Virus record (IMG/VR): IMGVR_UViG_3300025751_000013
Location: 1-64,000 of that record
DNA: 64,000 nt
DNA from: a virus
Lineage: Duplodnaviria > Caudoviricetes
Reading direction: 5' to 3' (one strand)
Shown here: one piece after another, positions 39,901 through 48,841 of the stretch
Layout: each line of letters opens with the position of its first letter
How positions within the stretch are numbered: position 1 is the stretch's first letter
Position numbers and translations under genes: made by a program
The notes under the pieces: model-generated
What the model saw: the letters and a program-made list of their open reading frames with translations, nothing else
Database searches by the model: none
What the model was told of the DNA's origin: nothing

Positions 39901-42900
39901 TATCAAAGAGGTAGTTTGTCAATTGGTACTGTTAAAGATGAGCAGAAGCCACAAACAATAGCAGCTATTGAATTCCTAAAAACAGAAACACTAGCAATTT
40001 CAGGACTGTCAGCAACAGGTATTGCAAGAGCAACAGCAGCATTTGATGAAATTATAGACATCTTTACAAATGGTGAAACAAGTACTAGAACAGCAGCAGA
40101 TGCAATTACATATCCAGTTCCGACAGGTGTTGATACTAACAAACAAAACTCACATGACTTGTTACGTGCTAACAGAGACTTTATATCTGAAGAGATTATT
40201 GAATGGATTGAAGATAACTTTACAAACTTTGAATATGATGAGTTTAAGTGTGAAAGAGACACAAGAATTATACTAGATGCAATTGCACTAGACGCAGCTC
40301 TAAATACAAACTATAACACAATTACAGTAGCACTTGCATACAAGCGTGTAAATGCACAACTAGTAATTACAGATCAGTTGATACAAACTGTAGCAGCTAT
40401 GGATTATCTACGCAAATTAGTAGACGAAAACAAAGATCTAAGTGTTATTGGTCGTGCAAGAATGACACGTTTAATCGATGATATTATAGAAATTGTACAA
40501 TCAGATACAACTGACTTAGATGTATTTGACAGTACAAACTTTGATAGTACACTACTTAACGCATACGAAAACATTGAAATGAATGCACCTAAAAATGCAA
40601 CACAAGATGAAATCGATGCCAAAGAGCAGTTAAAACTTAACAAAGAATTCTTAGCAAGTGAAGTATTAGCGTTTATCAACTTAAACAATCCGACACTAGA
40701 CTATGTTGAAGCTAAGTGTAAAAGAGACGTTAAATTCTTACTTGATGCAGCAGCATTTGACTTACTATACGGTGGTAACTCAGCAACTGTACAAGCGGCT
40801 AATAGCTACTTTGTAGGAACAGCTAACCAGTTAGGTGATGACGAAGTACAAGCAACAATCGATGCTTATAACCATTTAAAAACTGTTATTGAACCAGTTG
40901 TACTTGCAACTAGTGAAGATAACAATCCAGTATATGTACCAACAGCTGGTAATAGTATGCGTCAAATTATCGAAAGTGATCCAGGAACAGCTACTGAAGT
41001 TGCAGCTATTCAAGCATCGCTTGATATTGTTATTGCTAGAATACAAGGCACACCGACACCAACACTAGTTAAGCCAAGTTTAACAGGTGCTGATGCTAAC
41101 TTAATTAAAGACTTTAATGAAATATCAGAGACTGCTTCAGTAGAAGCACAGAAAGTTGTAGATTATGTAAATGATCAATTTGCAAACTTTACATATGATA
41201 TTGACAAGTGTGCAAGAGATGTTAAACTAGTTGTACTAGGCGCAGCAATTGACTTAGAGTATTCAACTAACTATAACAGTGTAACTAATGGTCTTTCATA
41301 CCTAAGAGGAAATGCTAAGAAAGTTTCAAACGCATTCCAAAAAGCAATTACACTAGCCGCACTTGATAAACTAAAAACACTAGCAGCTACAACTATCGGA
41401 ACAGGTACAGGTTATGCAGCAGCAGTAACAGCAGTTAATGCAAGTATTGATACAGTAAAAACAATATTTGATGAAGGTTTAGTTGGCATAACACCAACAA
41501 ACGCTGTATATGATCCAACAACAGGTGTTATGGATCTTACAATTGGCGAGCATACATTCATACAAGGTGATACAATTACACTAGAGCCAGGCAGCTTGAA
41601 ATTTACTTGTGCAAGTGACGGAAACAACGTTGTACAAGCATACCCAAGAACAAGTGATCCGGCATTTAATTATACACTAAAAATTATTGACACTGGTAAA
41701 CTAACAATAAGTGTAAACGTTGGAGTATCATCAGAAACATCAGCGCACACATTTATTACAGCAGATGAAAAAGCAATTAAAACTGGTGCTCTTCCAAATG
41801 CAGTTCCGGCGCTAACATTTGCAGGTATAGATGCAACAAATGACTCGGCTTATGCAGCAAAAGCAATACTTGCTAACAAAGCGTTTATTGCAGCAGAGAT
41901 GTCAGCATATGTTGTAAATGATCCTAACTTTATACTAGTTGGTAACTACGATGAAACAAAATGTCGTAGAGATTCAAATAATATATTAGATGCAGTTGCA
42001 TTAGATTTGCGTACAGGTTCAAACTATAACTCACTATATGCAGGTATTGCATACACAAGAGCAAATAGTGATTATGTAATTAGTGCCCAAAAATCAGCAA
42101 CAATAGCAGCTATTGAATTCTTAAGAGATACTGTAAAAGCACTATCAAATGTTGATGCAGCAGCAGACACAAGAATTGATTCACTATTTGCAATTATTAT
42201 CGCAGCAATTAACAGTGGCGCTACAAGCACGTTGCTTCCAGGAGGCGCTACAGGCGTTCCACTATTAAGTCTTCCAACTCCGAATACTCCAATTGCAGGC
42301 GGCGCAGATGCAGCAGCACGTTTAACATATAACAGAGATGCGTTAGCAGAAGAAGTACTAGAACACATTAACCAAAATGCAAATGCTATATACCTATCTA
42401 TGGATCAAGCTAAATGTTCAAGAGATGTAAAATACATTGTTGAAGGACTAGCACATGATGCAGTATATGGTGGTAACATTGGTGCTAAACTAAATGGCGA
42501 AGCATACTTTGTAGGTAACGATACTGAACAGTTAGGCATTGGTCAAAGATCTGCAACAGTAGCAGCATATCAACATCTTGCACAAGTAATAGAGCAGTTA
42601 GTCGGCGCAGGTGTAGCTGATGCTGGATTCACTAGCGTAATATTAGTAGCTAACCCAACTCAAGCGTGGAGTGATAATTCAGTACCTAATGCAGCAACAA
42701 TAGCAACTTACTTAGCAGACAGTTCAACTGGGTTAATTGAAACTTGCATAGTTGCACCTATTAATGCAAACAAATTGGCTAACTTCTACACACCAACAGC
42801 GGCATCATATGTTCCAACTACAGGTGTACTAACACTTACTGTAACTGGTAATCCGTTCTCAAATGGTGATACAATTAGACTAGCAGAACGTAGCATTGGA

Positions 42901-45900
42901 TTTAAATGTCAAAGTGATGGATTTAGAAAAGTATTCTACTATCCAAGAACAACTGATCCAGCACTTAACTCAGACTTAACAATAAGTAACGTAGTAGGTG
43001 ATAGTTTTGACGTCCAGATTGGTGTATCATCAGAAGAAAGTACACATCAGTTCGTAGGACCAGCTACAAATGCAATCATTGATAGCACATTACCAGATGA
43101 TGTACAACCAGCAAGTGCTCAGTATGTAACAACTGTATCGTTCACAGATGCAGCAACAGCAATTGTTGCAGGATCAGGAACAGCAGTAGATTCAACAATA
43201 TCTTATATCAATTCAGATCTAAGCTTTAACCAAACTAAGTGTGAAAGAGACACAGGTTACATTGTTGAAGCATTAACACATGATACATTGTACGGCGGCA
43301 ATTATGCAACTACACAAGCAGCTCTAGCTTATAGAGTTGGTGTCGCAGGACAGTTAGGTAGTAATTCACCTGAAACTACAGCAACAGTAGCAGCATATGG
43401 TACACGTTTACCAGCAGTAGTACAAGCAATTGTTCAAGGCGATGCACTAACACCGTCAACAGGCAATTCAGTGACTCAAGTTGCAAATGCAAATACAGTA
43501 AGCCCGTGGACTAATGCTAATGCAACTATTGCAGCAGATATTCAAAATATTGTAGATGTTATTGAGCATGGCGGTGATCCACTATCAGTTGATGCTTCGA
43601 TGATAGCAGAAACTAACATAACTGAAGGTACAATATATGATGCAGAATCAGGTGTACTAACACTAACACTTAGCGGCACATCTACAGGACTAGTAGCAGG
43701 TACAAGCACAATTAGACTAGCACGTAATAGTTTAACATTTACTTGTGCAAGTGATTCACATGCTACTTCATTAACATATCCAGACAAAGATAGTTTTGGT
43801 TATGATAGAGAATTAAGAGTATTAAGTGTTGCAGAAGCAGGTAACACAACTATTACTGTTAACATAGGTAATGCACGTAAACTAGGTGCTACTTCAGCAG
43901 ATAGAATACACAGATTTGTAAGTGCAGCAGCTAATGCAGTTGTATTACCAATTTCACCAACAAGACCAACTATAGCAAACACATTTGCTACATCACTTGT
44001 AACAAAAGCCGATGCAGCAAGCGATAACTTTGGTGATTTGATAAATGCATATCTACTATCAGACTTCCCAACAAGCACATACGATAGAACACGTTGTAAG
44101 CGTGATGTAGGATTTATTGTAGACGCTCTATCATACGATGTACTATATGGCGGTAACAGCGCAATGCGTGAAGTTGCAAGAAGCTACTTTAGCTTTGGTC
44201 TAAACTTACTAGGTGATGATTCTAAAGAAACAGATGCAACAATATTTGCATATGAGCACCTAAGTAGTATTATTGGAGAGATTGTACAAGGTGTACAAGT
44301 AGGAAAAGCTACAGGTAACTTATTAGTACAAACATATGATACAGCAAGTACACTAGCAGAAGCAGCAGTTGCTCAAACACTACTAAAACTAGTTACAGAT
44401 ACAATTAGAGATAGAAGTGTTAATAAGCTAGATGAGCAAGAGCTACCAGATATTACTTGGGCAGCGTCAGAATTCCAAAATGACTTTGCAAGCATTACTT
44501 TTAACAAGTCAGTAGCACAAGCTGATACACTACAGTTTATTGACGATAGATACACAACATTTAGTTACGATCAGTTTAAGTGTTCAAGAGACGTTGGATT
44601 GATCTTAGATGCTGTTTTAGCTGATATGGTAATGGGTGGTAACTACCAGTCATTACTAGCAGGAAGCAGTTATTACAGAGCAAGTGCGTTTATTGTAAAA
44701 GGCGATCAGCTACCAGAAACAATTGAATCAATCAAATTCTTGAAGAAAGAAGTTGAGAAAATCTTAACAGATCCATTGTTTACAGCAACAGTTGTTCCAG
44801 GTACATATCCTAACCCAACTATAAGAGCTATTACTCCGTTAGAAGCTATTGAAAATGCTAAAACACTAACTGAAGTATTTGGTGATACGCAAGAGTATGC
44901 AGATCTTATTGCAAGATTTAATGATGTTCTTAGAGTTATGGAAAATGGACTAACTAACGCAGCTGAAGATCAAATACAATTTGTTGCTCCAACTGGAATT
45001 ACAGGAACAAGAACTAATGCTAAAGACATATTACTTGCAAACAAAGAATTCTTTGTTGAAGAGTCAGTGGCGTTTATCAAAGAAAACTTCCCACTAATTG
45101 GATATGACAGACAGACTTGTGAAAGAGATGTAGGACTAGTTCTTGATGCTCTAGGGTTTGACTTAATGTTTGGTTCAAATATGCGTAGTATTACAGCAGG
45201 TAGATCTTACTTTAGAGAAGGCGCTGCTGTTGTAAGTGCAGATCAAAAGAAAGCAACACTAGCAGCATTTGAATTCTTAAAAGTTAAAGCAGCAGAAGTT
45301 GTAAGCAGTGCAATACTATCAAATGGTTCTTACGTAGCACCAGGCGGAAATAAAGAATTTATCATAACAGTAGGTGCTGACTCATATGAACAAAAACCAA
45401 CTGGTGTATTCTACTTAGATGGTATAGAGCAGCCGATAATAGAACTAGATCCAGGTGCAGTATATACCTTTAATCAAGATGATCCAACTAACGCTTACTT
45501 TGGCGATAATCGTCATCCTCTAGTGTTTAGCACAACAAGAGATGGTGATAATGCAGGTGGTACAACTTATGACACTGGTATTGCTTACTACTTAGACGGT
45601 GTATCAGTTGACGAAGCACAGTACGAAAGAGGATTTGCTAGAGCAACACTACGTAGAGTAGAACTTGATCTTAGAGGCAAGTATACAACAGAACTATACT
45701 ATGCAGGCGGCGCCCGCAAAGGTATGGGTAACTTAATCTACGTAAAAGCAAAAACAACAGGTGAACCGATTAAAAAGTCTATACAAGATAATATGAATGT
45801 TATTCTTGCACTTCTTGATAGAGGTAATGTTACTTGGCAGCCATATGATGCAGAATATAAAACAGTAGGCACAGATACAAGTGGTAATCTAAAACTTTAC

Positions 45901-48828
45901 ATTAGAGAAAATCCATTTAAGGTCGGAGATAAAATTAAACTAAAACCAAATAGTTTGACATTTACATGTGCATATGATACTACTACTCCGTTATCATATC
46001 CAGATTATAACGGCGGAACTGGTGCAGCTCCAGCATGGCAAGCAGATTTAGAAATCACAGCAGCAGATGATGTTAGTATTACTGTTAACGTTGGAGATGC
46101 CGCAGGCGCAGCAGCAACTAGTGTTCATACATTTGTAAGTGCAGATATTGATACTATTAGTTTAGTTCCAGGATATGTAACACCAAGCCCAACTGGTTAT
46201 GATGCAGGAACTTACCTAAGTACATATAAACAAGCTAGAGATAATATCGAAGCTAACAGAGAGTTTATAATTGCAGACGTAATCGGATTCATTGAAACTG
46301 ATGATACATTACTAGGATTTGACAGAGATACTTGTGCAAGAGATACTGGACTAATAATTGATGCAATATCATGGGATTTAGTATTTGATTCAAACCAACA
46401 AAGTATTACAGCAGGTAGAGGATATCTAAGACAAGATGTAGGAGTTCTTCCAGCAACTCAAACAGCAGCTACAACAGCAGGATTTGATAGACTAAGAGAC
46501 TTACTTTTGGCTCTAGTAATTCAAACTGGTGCAGATGCAGAAAGAGCAAAAGAAAGTATTTCGGCTAACATTGGTCTAATAAATGATATCATTACTAATG
46601 GTGATAGTCAAACAATTCCATCTAGAAAACTTCCAGCACCAACAACAGGCGCAGCAATTGTTCCAACTGCTATTACATATACTCCAGCTGATGGTTTAAT
46701 GGTTATTACATCAGAAGCGCATGGTTTAAATGTAGGCGATTATGTAATGATTGCAGACGAGAGTTTAACATTTACTTGTGAAAGTTCTCTAGGAAGTGGT
46801 ATACTAGAAAAAATTAGTCATCCAAGATCAAACGAGTATGCAAGCCGTAGAGCAATTATTGTTTCAGCAGTAGCTGATGCCAATACATACACTATTAACA
46901 TTGATCCAAATCTTGAAAACAGTGGCGACGGTAATGTTGCTCATACATTTGTAAGTGCAAGCGCAAATGCAATTAAGAAAGCAGAAGATGCTAATGGTAA
47001 ATTAGATGTATTCTTTAACATTAGCGCACAGCGTACATGGATTATCGATGCAGTAGAAGACTATATTGAAGATGCTACCGGATTAAATCAACCAGCTGGT
47101 AGTTGGAATACCAAGTGTAAAGAAGACATAGGTCTAATAATTGACGCAGCATTGTATGACTTAATGTACGGTACCAATCTTGAAACACGCACAGCAGCAC
47201 AAGCATATACAACCGATGCAGGTGTATTACTACTAGGTGCAGACCCAACTGAAAGATCTAACACTATTGCAGCATATGTATATCTAGCAGACTTGCTTGA
47301 GCAAGTTGGTAATGATGTAGTTACAGAAACTTTATATGGCGATACAGCAACAGCTGGATTTACAGCAACTGGTACAGTACCAGGCGGCAACGGATCTCCT
47401 GCACTAGCAGCTCATGATAGTGTTGAAGTTGTTAGAGCTTACCTAGATGCATATGTTACAAGTGCAACTGATAATGCAACTGACAAAGCAGCAGCAGAAG
47501 CTACACTTCCTGCAGTTGCTTATGGTTCGAGAACTTGGTCTTCAACTACACAACAAGCTATATTCAACCAATTCCAAAGTGAACGTCAAGAATTGCAAGA
47601 TGCAGTTACAGCGTTTATTGAAGAGAACTTTGCTTATGTGCAAGAAAAATGTAAGAGAGATGTAGGCTATATTCTAGATGCAGTTTATTACGATATGACA
47701 TATGGTGGTAATAGCGAAACGTTTACAGTTGGTAAGAGTTACTTCTCCGACGAAGGTGTAAATCAATTAAGAACACTAAGAGAAGTAAATGCAACTCAAG
47801 CAGCATACGGACACTTAAGAGACTTAGTAGAAGCAGTTGCCATTGGTGATGACACCGTGGCGTTGATTGCAACTCCTAAACAGACAGATATTGCTTATAA
47901 TTCAACAGCAGTTGATCAGGGAGGCAGCAATGCTGGTAGTACCCAGGCTAAATTACTAATAAGCAATGTGTTAAGTTTCTTAGATGATACTATTAATAGA
48001 ACAAATGTAATACCAACTGTAGCTGAAACTACTCCATCTACATCATGGGTAGCAGCTGATCTAGTAACAGCCGCAACTGCACTAACTGATGCAAAGCGTA
48101 CAGTACAAGATGAAACAACTGTATTCATTGAAGAAAATTATGCTTACATTAAATCTAAGTGTGAAAGAGATATTAGATACATTGTAGATGCAGTTGCATA
48201 CGACATATTCTATGGTGGTAACTCACAAGCACATCTAGCAGCAGAGCAATATTTTGACGGAGGTAATTATCAAATACCAGTTCCAACAAAGAATGCTACA
48301 GTACAGACATTTAAATATCTACTAGAAATAATGTCAGATGCTGTACGTAACATTACTGTGTCTGCATTACAAAATAGAGTAATCCAAACTACAACTGGCG
48401 CATCTGCAACAACGTTTGAAGCAGATCGTATTAAGGACTTGTTAACAATTATTGTTAATCTAGTACAGCATGGTTACTCAAGTCAAGTTACATTTGATGT
48501 TAATATCACAACAATACCGAGAATTAACGAAAGTGTAACATTCCACCAAACAAGTTTGATTACAGCAAGTGGACAAACATTTGAGTGGGTTGGATCCGGA
48601 ACTAATATTCAATCAGCGGTTCCATACAAAGGCGGACAACCAGTTGAAGCACAACAGGTAGTGGAAAGTAACGAAGGTAAAGTTTACTTTACAAGTACTG
48701 ACCAAAAAGGTGACTTCAAAATTGGTAACAGCTTAACTATTGAACGTGCGTCTGGTACGATTACTGGACAGACTTTTGATAGATCACTATTCGCGGTGTT
48801 AACACCATACATCTTGTCACTACAGTAA
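33952..48828 (+). CDS. Giant fibre/tailspike-like protein: Mtd-N-like anchor, beta-helix, 22 phycobiliprotein-like Cys repeats and accessory beta domains
   Basis: 4958 aa; N-terminal TIRLKRS..P....L..GE.AVNT.DGK; FYV..DGS..NDG..AFATI beta-helix cap; 22 C-x-(R/E)-D repeats; late promoter ATAAATA at 33889-33895. Confidence 0.8.
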   Translation: MSTIRLKRSAEPGKIPSIEQLELGEVAVNTHDGKMFMKRDQSGNFAIKEFGARDAASNVFYVTQDGSNTNDGKTIGDAFATIDYALKNIPEGSTLYVKAGQHTVDNPVKLPAFVAIVGDSLRTTFVQPKNPAEDIFWVNNGCFLKDMRFNNYIAPSAAVSFPPDGSAGSIMCSPYVQNCTSYTTTGTGMRVDGSVVTGLRSMVVDAYTQYNQGGIGVHHLNRGNTQLVSIFTISCDISILCESGGFCSLTNSNTSFGNYGLISDGYSEALFGASAGANISRNSMFMNDLVTVPFIQNASVFSGTGEVYTISEATPIKVGQGVVTGPTLTQEDSDLLFARERILANREVIQRSTVNFVKDNYQTGGEFDEAKCARDSQLILDGVGFDVALDTNFNSVYNGISYQRANAKFVINTQFEATKGAIDFLKAETAALLSGTSLTRANAGFDDVKGILDGGVISTTVPGDGVADALTFSSTLGVTDGINARTILQANIAFLQAEVLAFNDDYNATAIAADATGATTVVYDREKCQRDVQYIVDALSYDAQYGGNSATVSAMNSYIVGTGIDQLPADQRDLTADSYAHLADMVAAILTDPSVDPGTKLSAGSPDNSAAVTAASLSGTIEALVDTFAGVLIEDATPAGTPTATIPAVVTPNVTTLGVAAEFTTSQTAITNASAQIVDDVIAFVNQEYNFSFNQEKCARDLQEIIDAAKIDAVTNSLYNQTVVGLTYTMESSAYLLNLQKTQTAAGIQYARDLVTADGNFTDTTDRTEFINAVNEVINILNTGTPTSDLTTGTFATNFPTSTDYSNAASRAAAAEAIINGIPSLQTDALTFLQNGNAGGGFDFSAQAGEFSSLASGGTVSSDELKSVYQDMVRDGTFTKCQRDVAYLAQAVAFDTMYGGNSATLRVAKSYFVGAIAGDDDTEISQLGGGQKNATLALYAFLAVQIAAAVSAASANAGLGSGSGASKTINQLVAVVTDHIDADGVALASLDTVILASPADDDEILTVSEIEAVDDEAINDTIFYLQDAFVLLDFNESKCYRDTGIIIDAVVDDMVLGTNYKSVVSGRTYSMDSAALVIADQKVETLAAINHARDEALGFINDFSSNASKVTAYNRVQSNFNLISDLISKSEYAFKSYTVVDADYNPTAAGNYGSTSTPANRVMTLTIGQHSFTTSDTVVIAPNSLTFQCYSSGDNEFQTITHPREVAGQSADPNAVSPGSDPAFETPVDIVAVTDTTITVDVGVNTGAGNVEHTFISATENGITYGNSFINYPMPTNVLPEINRAFTNIKKNKAYLIEEAVAHIDQNYPLLGYDRGTCERDIGLIIDAVSYDAMFDSNFRSITAGKAYLRGVIQVITGDVLVDETTTTTGITGTLLTMDPTKTVVNPGDELTVLPTEQKIATLESFRKLRDLLVQITFDNDTKARVVDRMDLIIDIVQDGESVIPAVSIPTANITTNDTVNYTENFNATGVPETITNIENSREFIIAETKAFIDTNFPALLSTDANGNIVRDYNANDKCERDVGLILDALKYDLTYGGNMETLIAGKAYFSDVVASADGPVDLLGSRSVNIDIVNAGGIQLINPITITTSIKHGLVDGSQVTLLDISGVVELTGKTFFVKKVSDTVFELYDDAALTIPLDGTTGFTAYANLGGTVRVNAAEVIATVESYNFLADLILTLGNGVAPVNPQQTIVTAGALTTTNSPNGTRAKSLVDDIITIIENDSSVPVELLADPSWVTGYNATETYPLELNGTDLYSDFLIMQGEKDDIQSEITRFIEANFAYDKKVCRRDMGYIIDATLFDALYNGNSASYDAARQYYTQGKLVIPAIQRKATGDAMELLRKRIGDVLRSNRVVAEQLPTSPTLVLQDTTTPAATITEILRIQKNFDVLESQIRRDYFINDFIDVIDPDFNLQTETANKIRNKILAEKENLQVKTIKFIDTTFREFRFDREVCSRDVGLILDAVAMDVALGTNYNSIIAGLSYQRGSLSIGTVKDEQKPQTIAAIEFLKTETLAISGLSATGIARATAAFDEIIDIFTNGETSTRTAADAITYPVPTGVDTNKQNSHDLLRANRDFISEEIIEWIEDNFTNFEYDEFKCERDTRIILDAIALDAALNTNYNTITVALAYKRVNAQLVITDQLIQTVAAMDYLRKLVDENKDLSVIGRARMTRLIDDIIEIVQSDTTDLDVFDSTNFDSTLLNAYENIEMNAPKNATQDEIDAKEQLKLNKEFLASEVLAFINLNNPTLDYVEAKCKRDVKFLLDAAAFDLLYGGNSATVQAANSYFVGTANQLGDDEVQATIDAYNHLKTVIEPVVLATSEDNNPVYVPTAGNSMRQIIESDPGTATEVAAIQASLDIVIARIQGTPTPTLVKPSLTGADANLIKDFNEISETASVEAQKVVDYVNDQFANFTYDIDKCARDVKLVVLGAAIDLEYSTNYNSVTNGLSYLRGNAKKVSNAFQKAITLAALDKLKTLAATTIGTGTGYAAAVTAVNASIDTVKTIFDEGLVGITPTNAVYDPTTGVMDLTIGEHTFIQGDTITLEPGSLKFTCASDGNNVVQAYPRTSDPAFNYTLKIIDTGKLTISVNVGVSSETSAHTFITADEKAIKTGALPNAVPALTFAGIDATNDSAYAAKAILANKAFIAAEMSAYVVNDPNFILVGNYDETKCRRDSNNILDAVALDLRTGSNYNSLYAGIAYTRANSDYVISAQKSATIAAIEFLRDTVKALSNVDAAADTRIDSLFAIIIAAINSGATSTLLPGGATGVPLLSLPTPNTPIAGGADAAARLTYNRDALAEEVLEHINQNANAIYLSMDQAKCSRDVKYIVEGLAHDAVYGGNIGAKLNGEAYFVGNDTEQLGIGQRSATVAAYQHLAQVIEQLVGAGVADAGFTSVILVANPTQAWSDNSVPNAATIATYLADSSTGLIETCIVAPINANKLANFYTPTAASYVPTTGVLTLTVTGNPFSNGDTIRLAERSIGFKCQSDGFRKVFYYPRTTDPALNSDLTISNVVGDSFDVQIGVSSEESTHQFVGPATNAIIDSTLPDDVQPASAQYVTTVSFTDAATAIVAGSGTAVDSTISYINSDLSFNQTKCERDTGYIVEALTHDTLYGGNYATTQAALAYRVGVAGQLGSNSPETTATVAAYGTRLPAVVQAIVQGDALTPSTGNSVTQVANANTVSPWTNANATIAADIQNIVDVIEHGGDPLSVDASMIAETNITEGTIYDAESGVLTLTLSGTSTGLVAGTSTIRLARNSLTFTCASDSHATSLTYPDKDSFGYDRELRVLSVAEAGNTTITVNIGNARKLGATSADRIHRFVSAAANAVVLPISPTRPTIANTFATSLVTKADAASDNFGDLINAYLLSDFPTSTYDRTRCKRDVGFIVDALSYDVLYGGNSAMREVARSYFSFGLNLLGDDSKETDATIFAYEHLSSIIGEIVQGVQVGKATGNLLVQTYDTASTLAEAAVAQTLLKLVTDTIRDRSVNKLDEQELPDITWAASEFQNDFASITFNKSVAQADTLQFIDDRYTTFSYDQFKCSRDVGLILDAVLADMVMGGNYQSLLAGSSYYRASAFIVKGDQLPETIESIKFLKKEVEKILTDPLFTATVVPGTYPNPTIRAITPLEAIENAKTLTEVFGDTQEYADLIARFNDVLRVMENGLTNAAEDQIQFVAPTGITGTRTNAKDILLANKEFFVEESVAFIKENFPLIGYDRQTCERDVGLVLDALGFDLMFGSNMRSITAGRSYFREGAAVVSADQKKATLAAFEFLKVKAAEVVSSAILSNGSYVAPGGNKEFIITVGADSYEQKPTGVFYLDGIEQPIIELDPGAVYTFNQDDPTNAYFGDNRHPLVFSTTRDGDNAGGTTYDTGIAYYLDGVSVDEAQYERGFARATLRRVELDLRGKYTTELYYAGGARKGMGNLIYVKAKTTGEPIKKSIQDNMNVILALLDRGNVTWQPYDAEYKTVGTDTSGNLKLYIRENPFKVGDKIKLKPNSLTFTCAYDTTTPLSYPDYNGGTGAAPAWQADLEITAADDVSITVNVGDAAGAAATSVHTFVSADIDTISLVPGYVTPSPTGYDAGTYLSTYKQARDNIEANREFIIADVIGFIETDDTLLGFDRDTCARDTGLIIDAISWDLVFDSNQQSITAGRGYLRQDVGVLPATQTAATTAGFDRLRDLLLALVIQTGADAERAKESISANIGLINDIITNGDSQTIPSRKLPAPTTGAAIVPTAITYTPADGLMVITSEAHGLNVGDYVMIADESLTFTCESSLGSGILEKISHPRSNEYASRRAIIVSAVADANTYTINIDPNLENSGDGNVAHTFVSASANAIKKAEDANGKLDVFFNISAQRTWIIDAVEDYIEDATGLNQPAGSWNTKCKEDIGLIIDAALYDLMYGTNLETRTAAQAYTTDAGVLLLGADPTERSNTIAAYVYLADLLEQVGNDVVTETLYGDTATAGFTATGTVPGGNGSPALAAHDSVEVVRAYLDAYVTSATDNATDKAAAEATLPAVAYGSRTWSSTTQQAIFNQFQSERQELQDAVTAFIEENFAYVQEKCKRDVGYILDAVYYDMTYGGNSETFTVGKSYFSDEGVNQLRTLREVNATQAAYGHLRDLVEAVAIGDDTVALIATPKQTDIAYNSTAVDQGGSNAGSTQAKLLISNVLSFLDDTINRTNVIPTVAETTPSTSWVAADLVTAATALTDAKRTVQDETTVFIEENYAYIKSKCERDIRYIVDAVAYDIFYGGNSQAHLAAEQYFDGGNYQIPVPTKNATVQTFKYLLEIMSDAVRNITVSALQNRVIQTTTGASATTFEADRIKDLLTIIVNLVQHGYSSQVTFDVNITTIPRINESVTFHQTSLITASGQTFEWVGSGTNIQSAVPYKGGQPVEAQQVVESNEGKVYFTSTDQKGDFKIGNSLTIERASGTITGQTFDRSLFAVLTPYILSLQ
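34960..48480 (+). repeat. Array of 22 helical C-x-R-D protein repeats (11 A-type, 11 B-type)
   Basis: Cys codons start at 35065, 35533, 36043, 36592, 37066, 37903, 38506, 39313, 39811, 40249, 40717, 41209, 41962, 42415, 43240, 44095, 44581, 45118, 46333, 47116, 47650 and 48160. Confidence 0.9.
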
Positions 48829-48841
48829 GAGGAAATAAATC

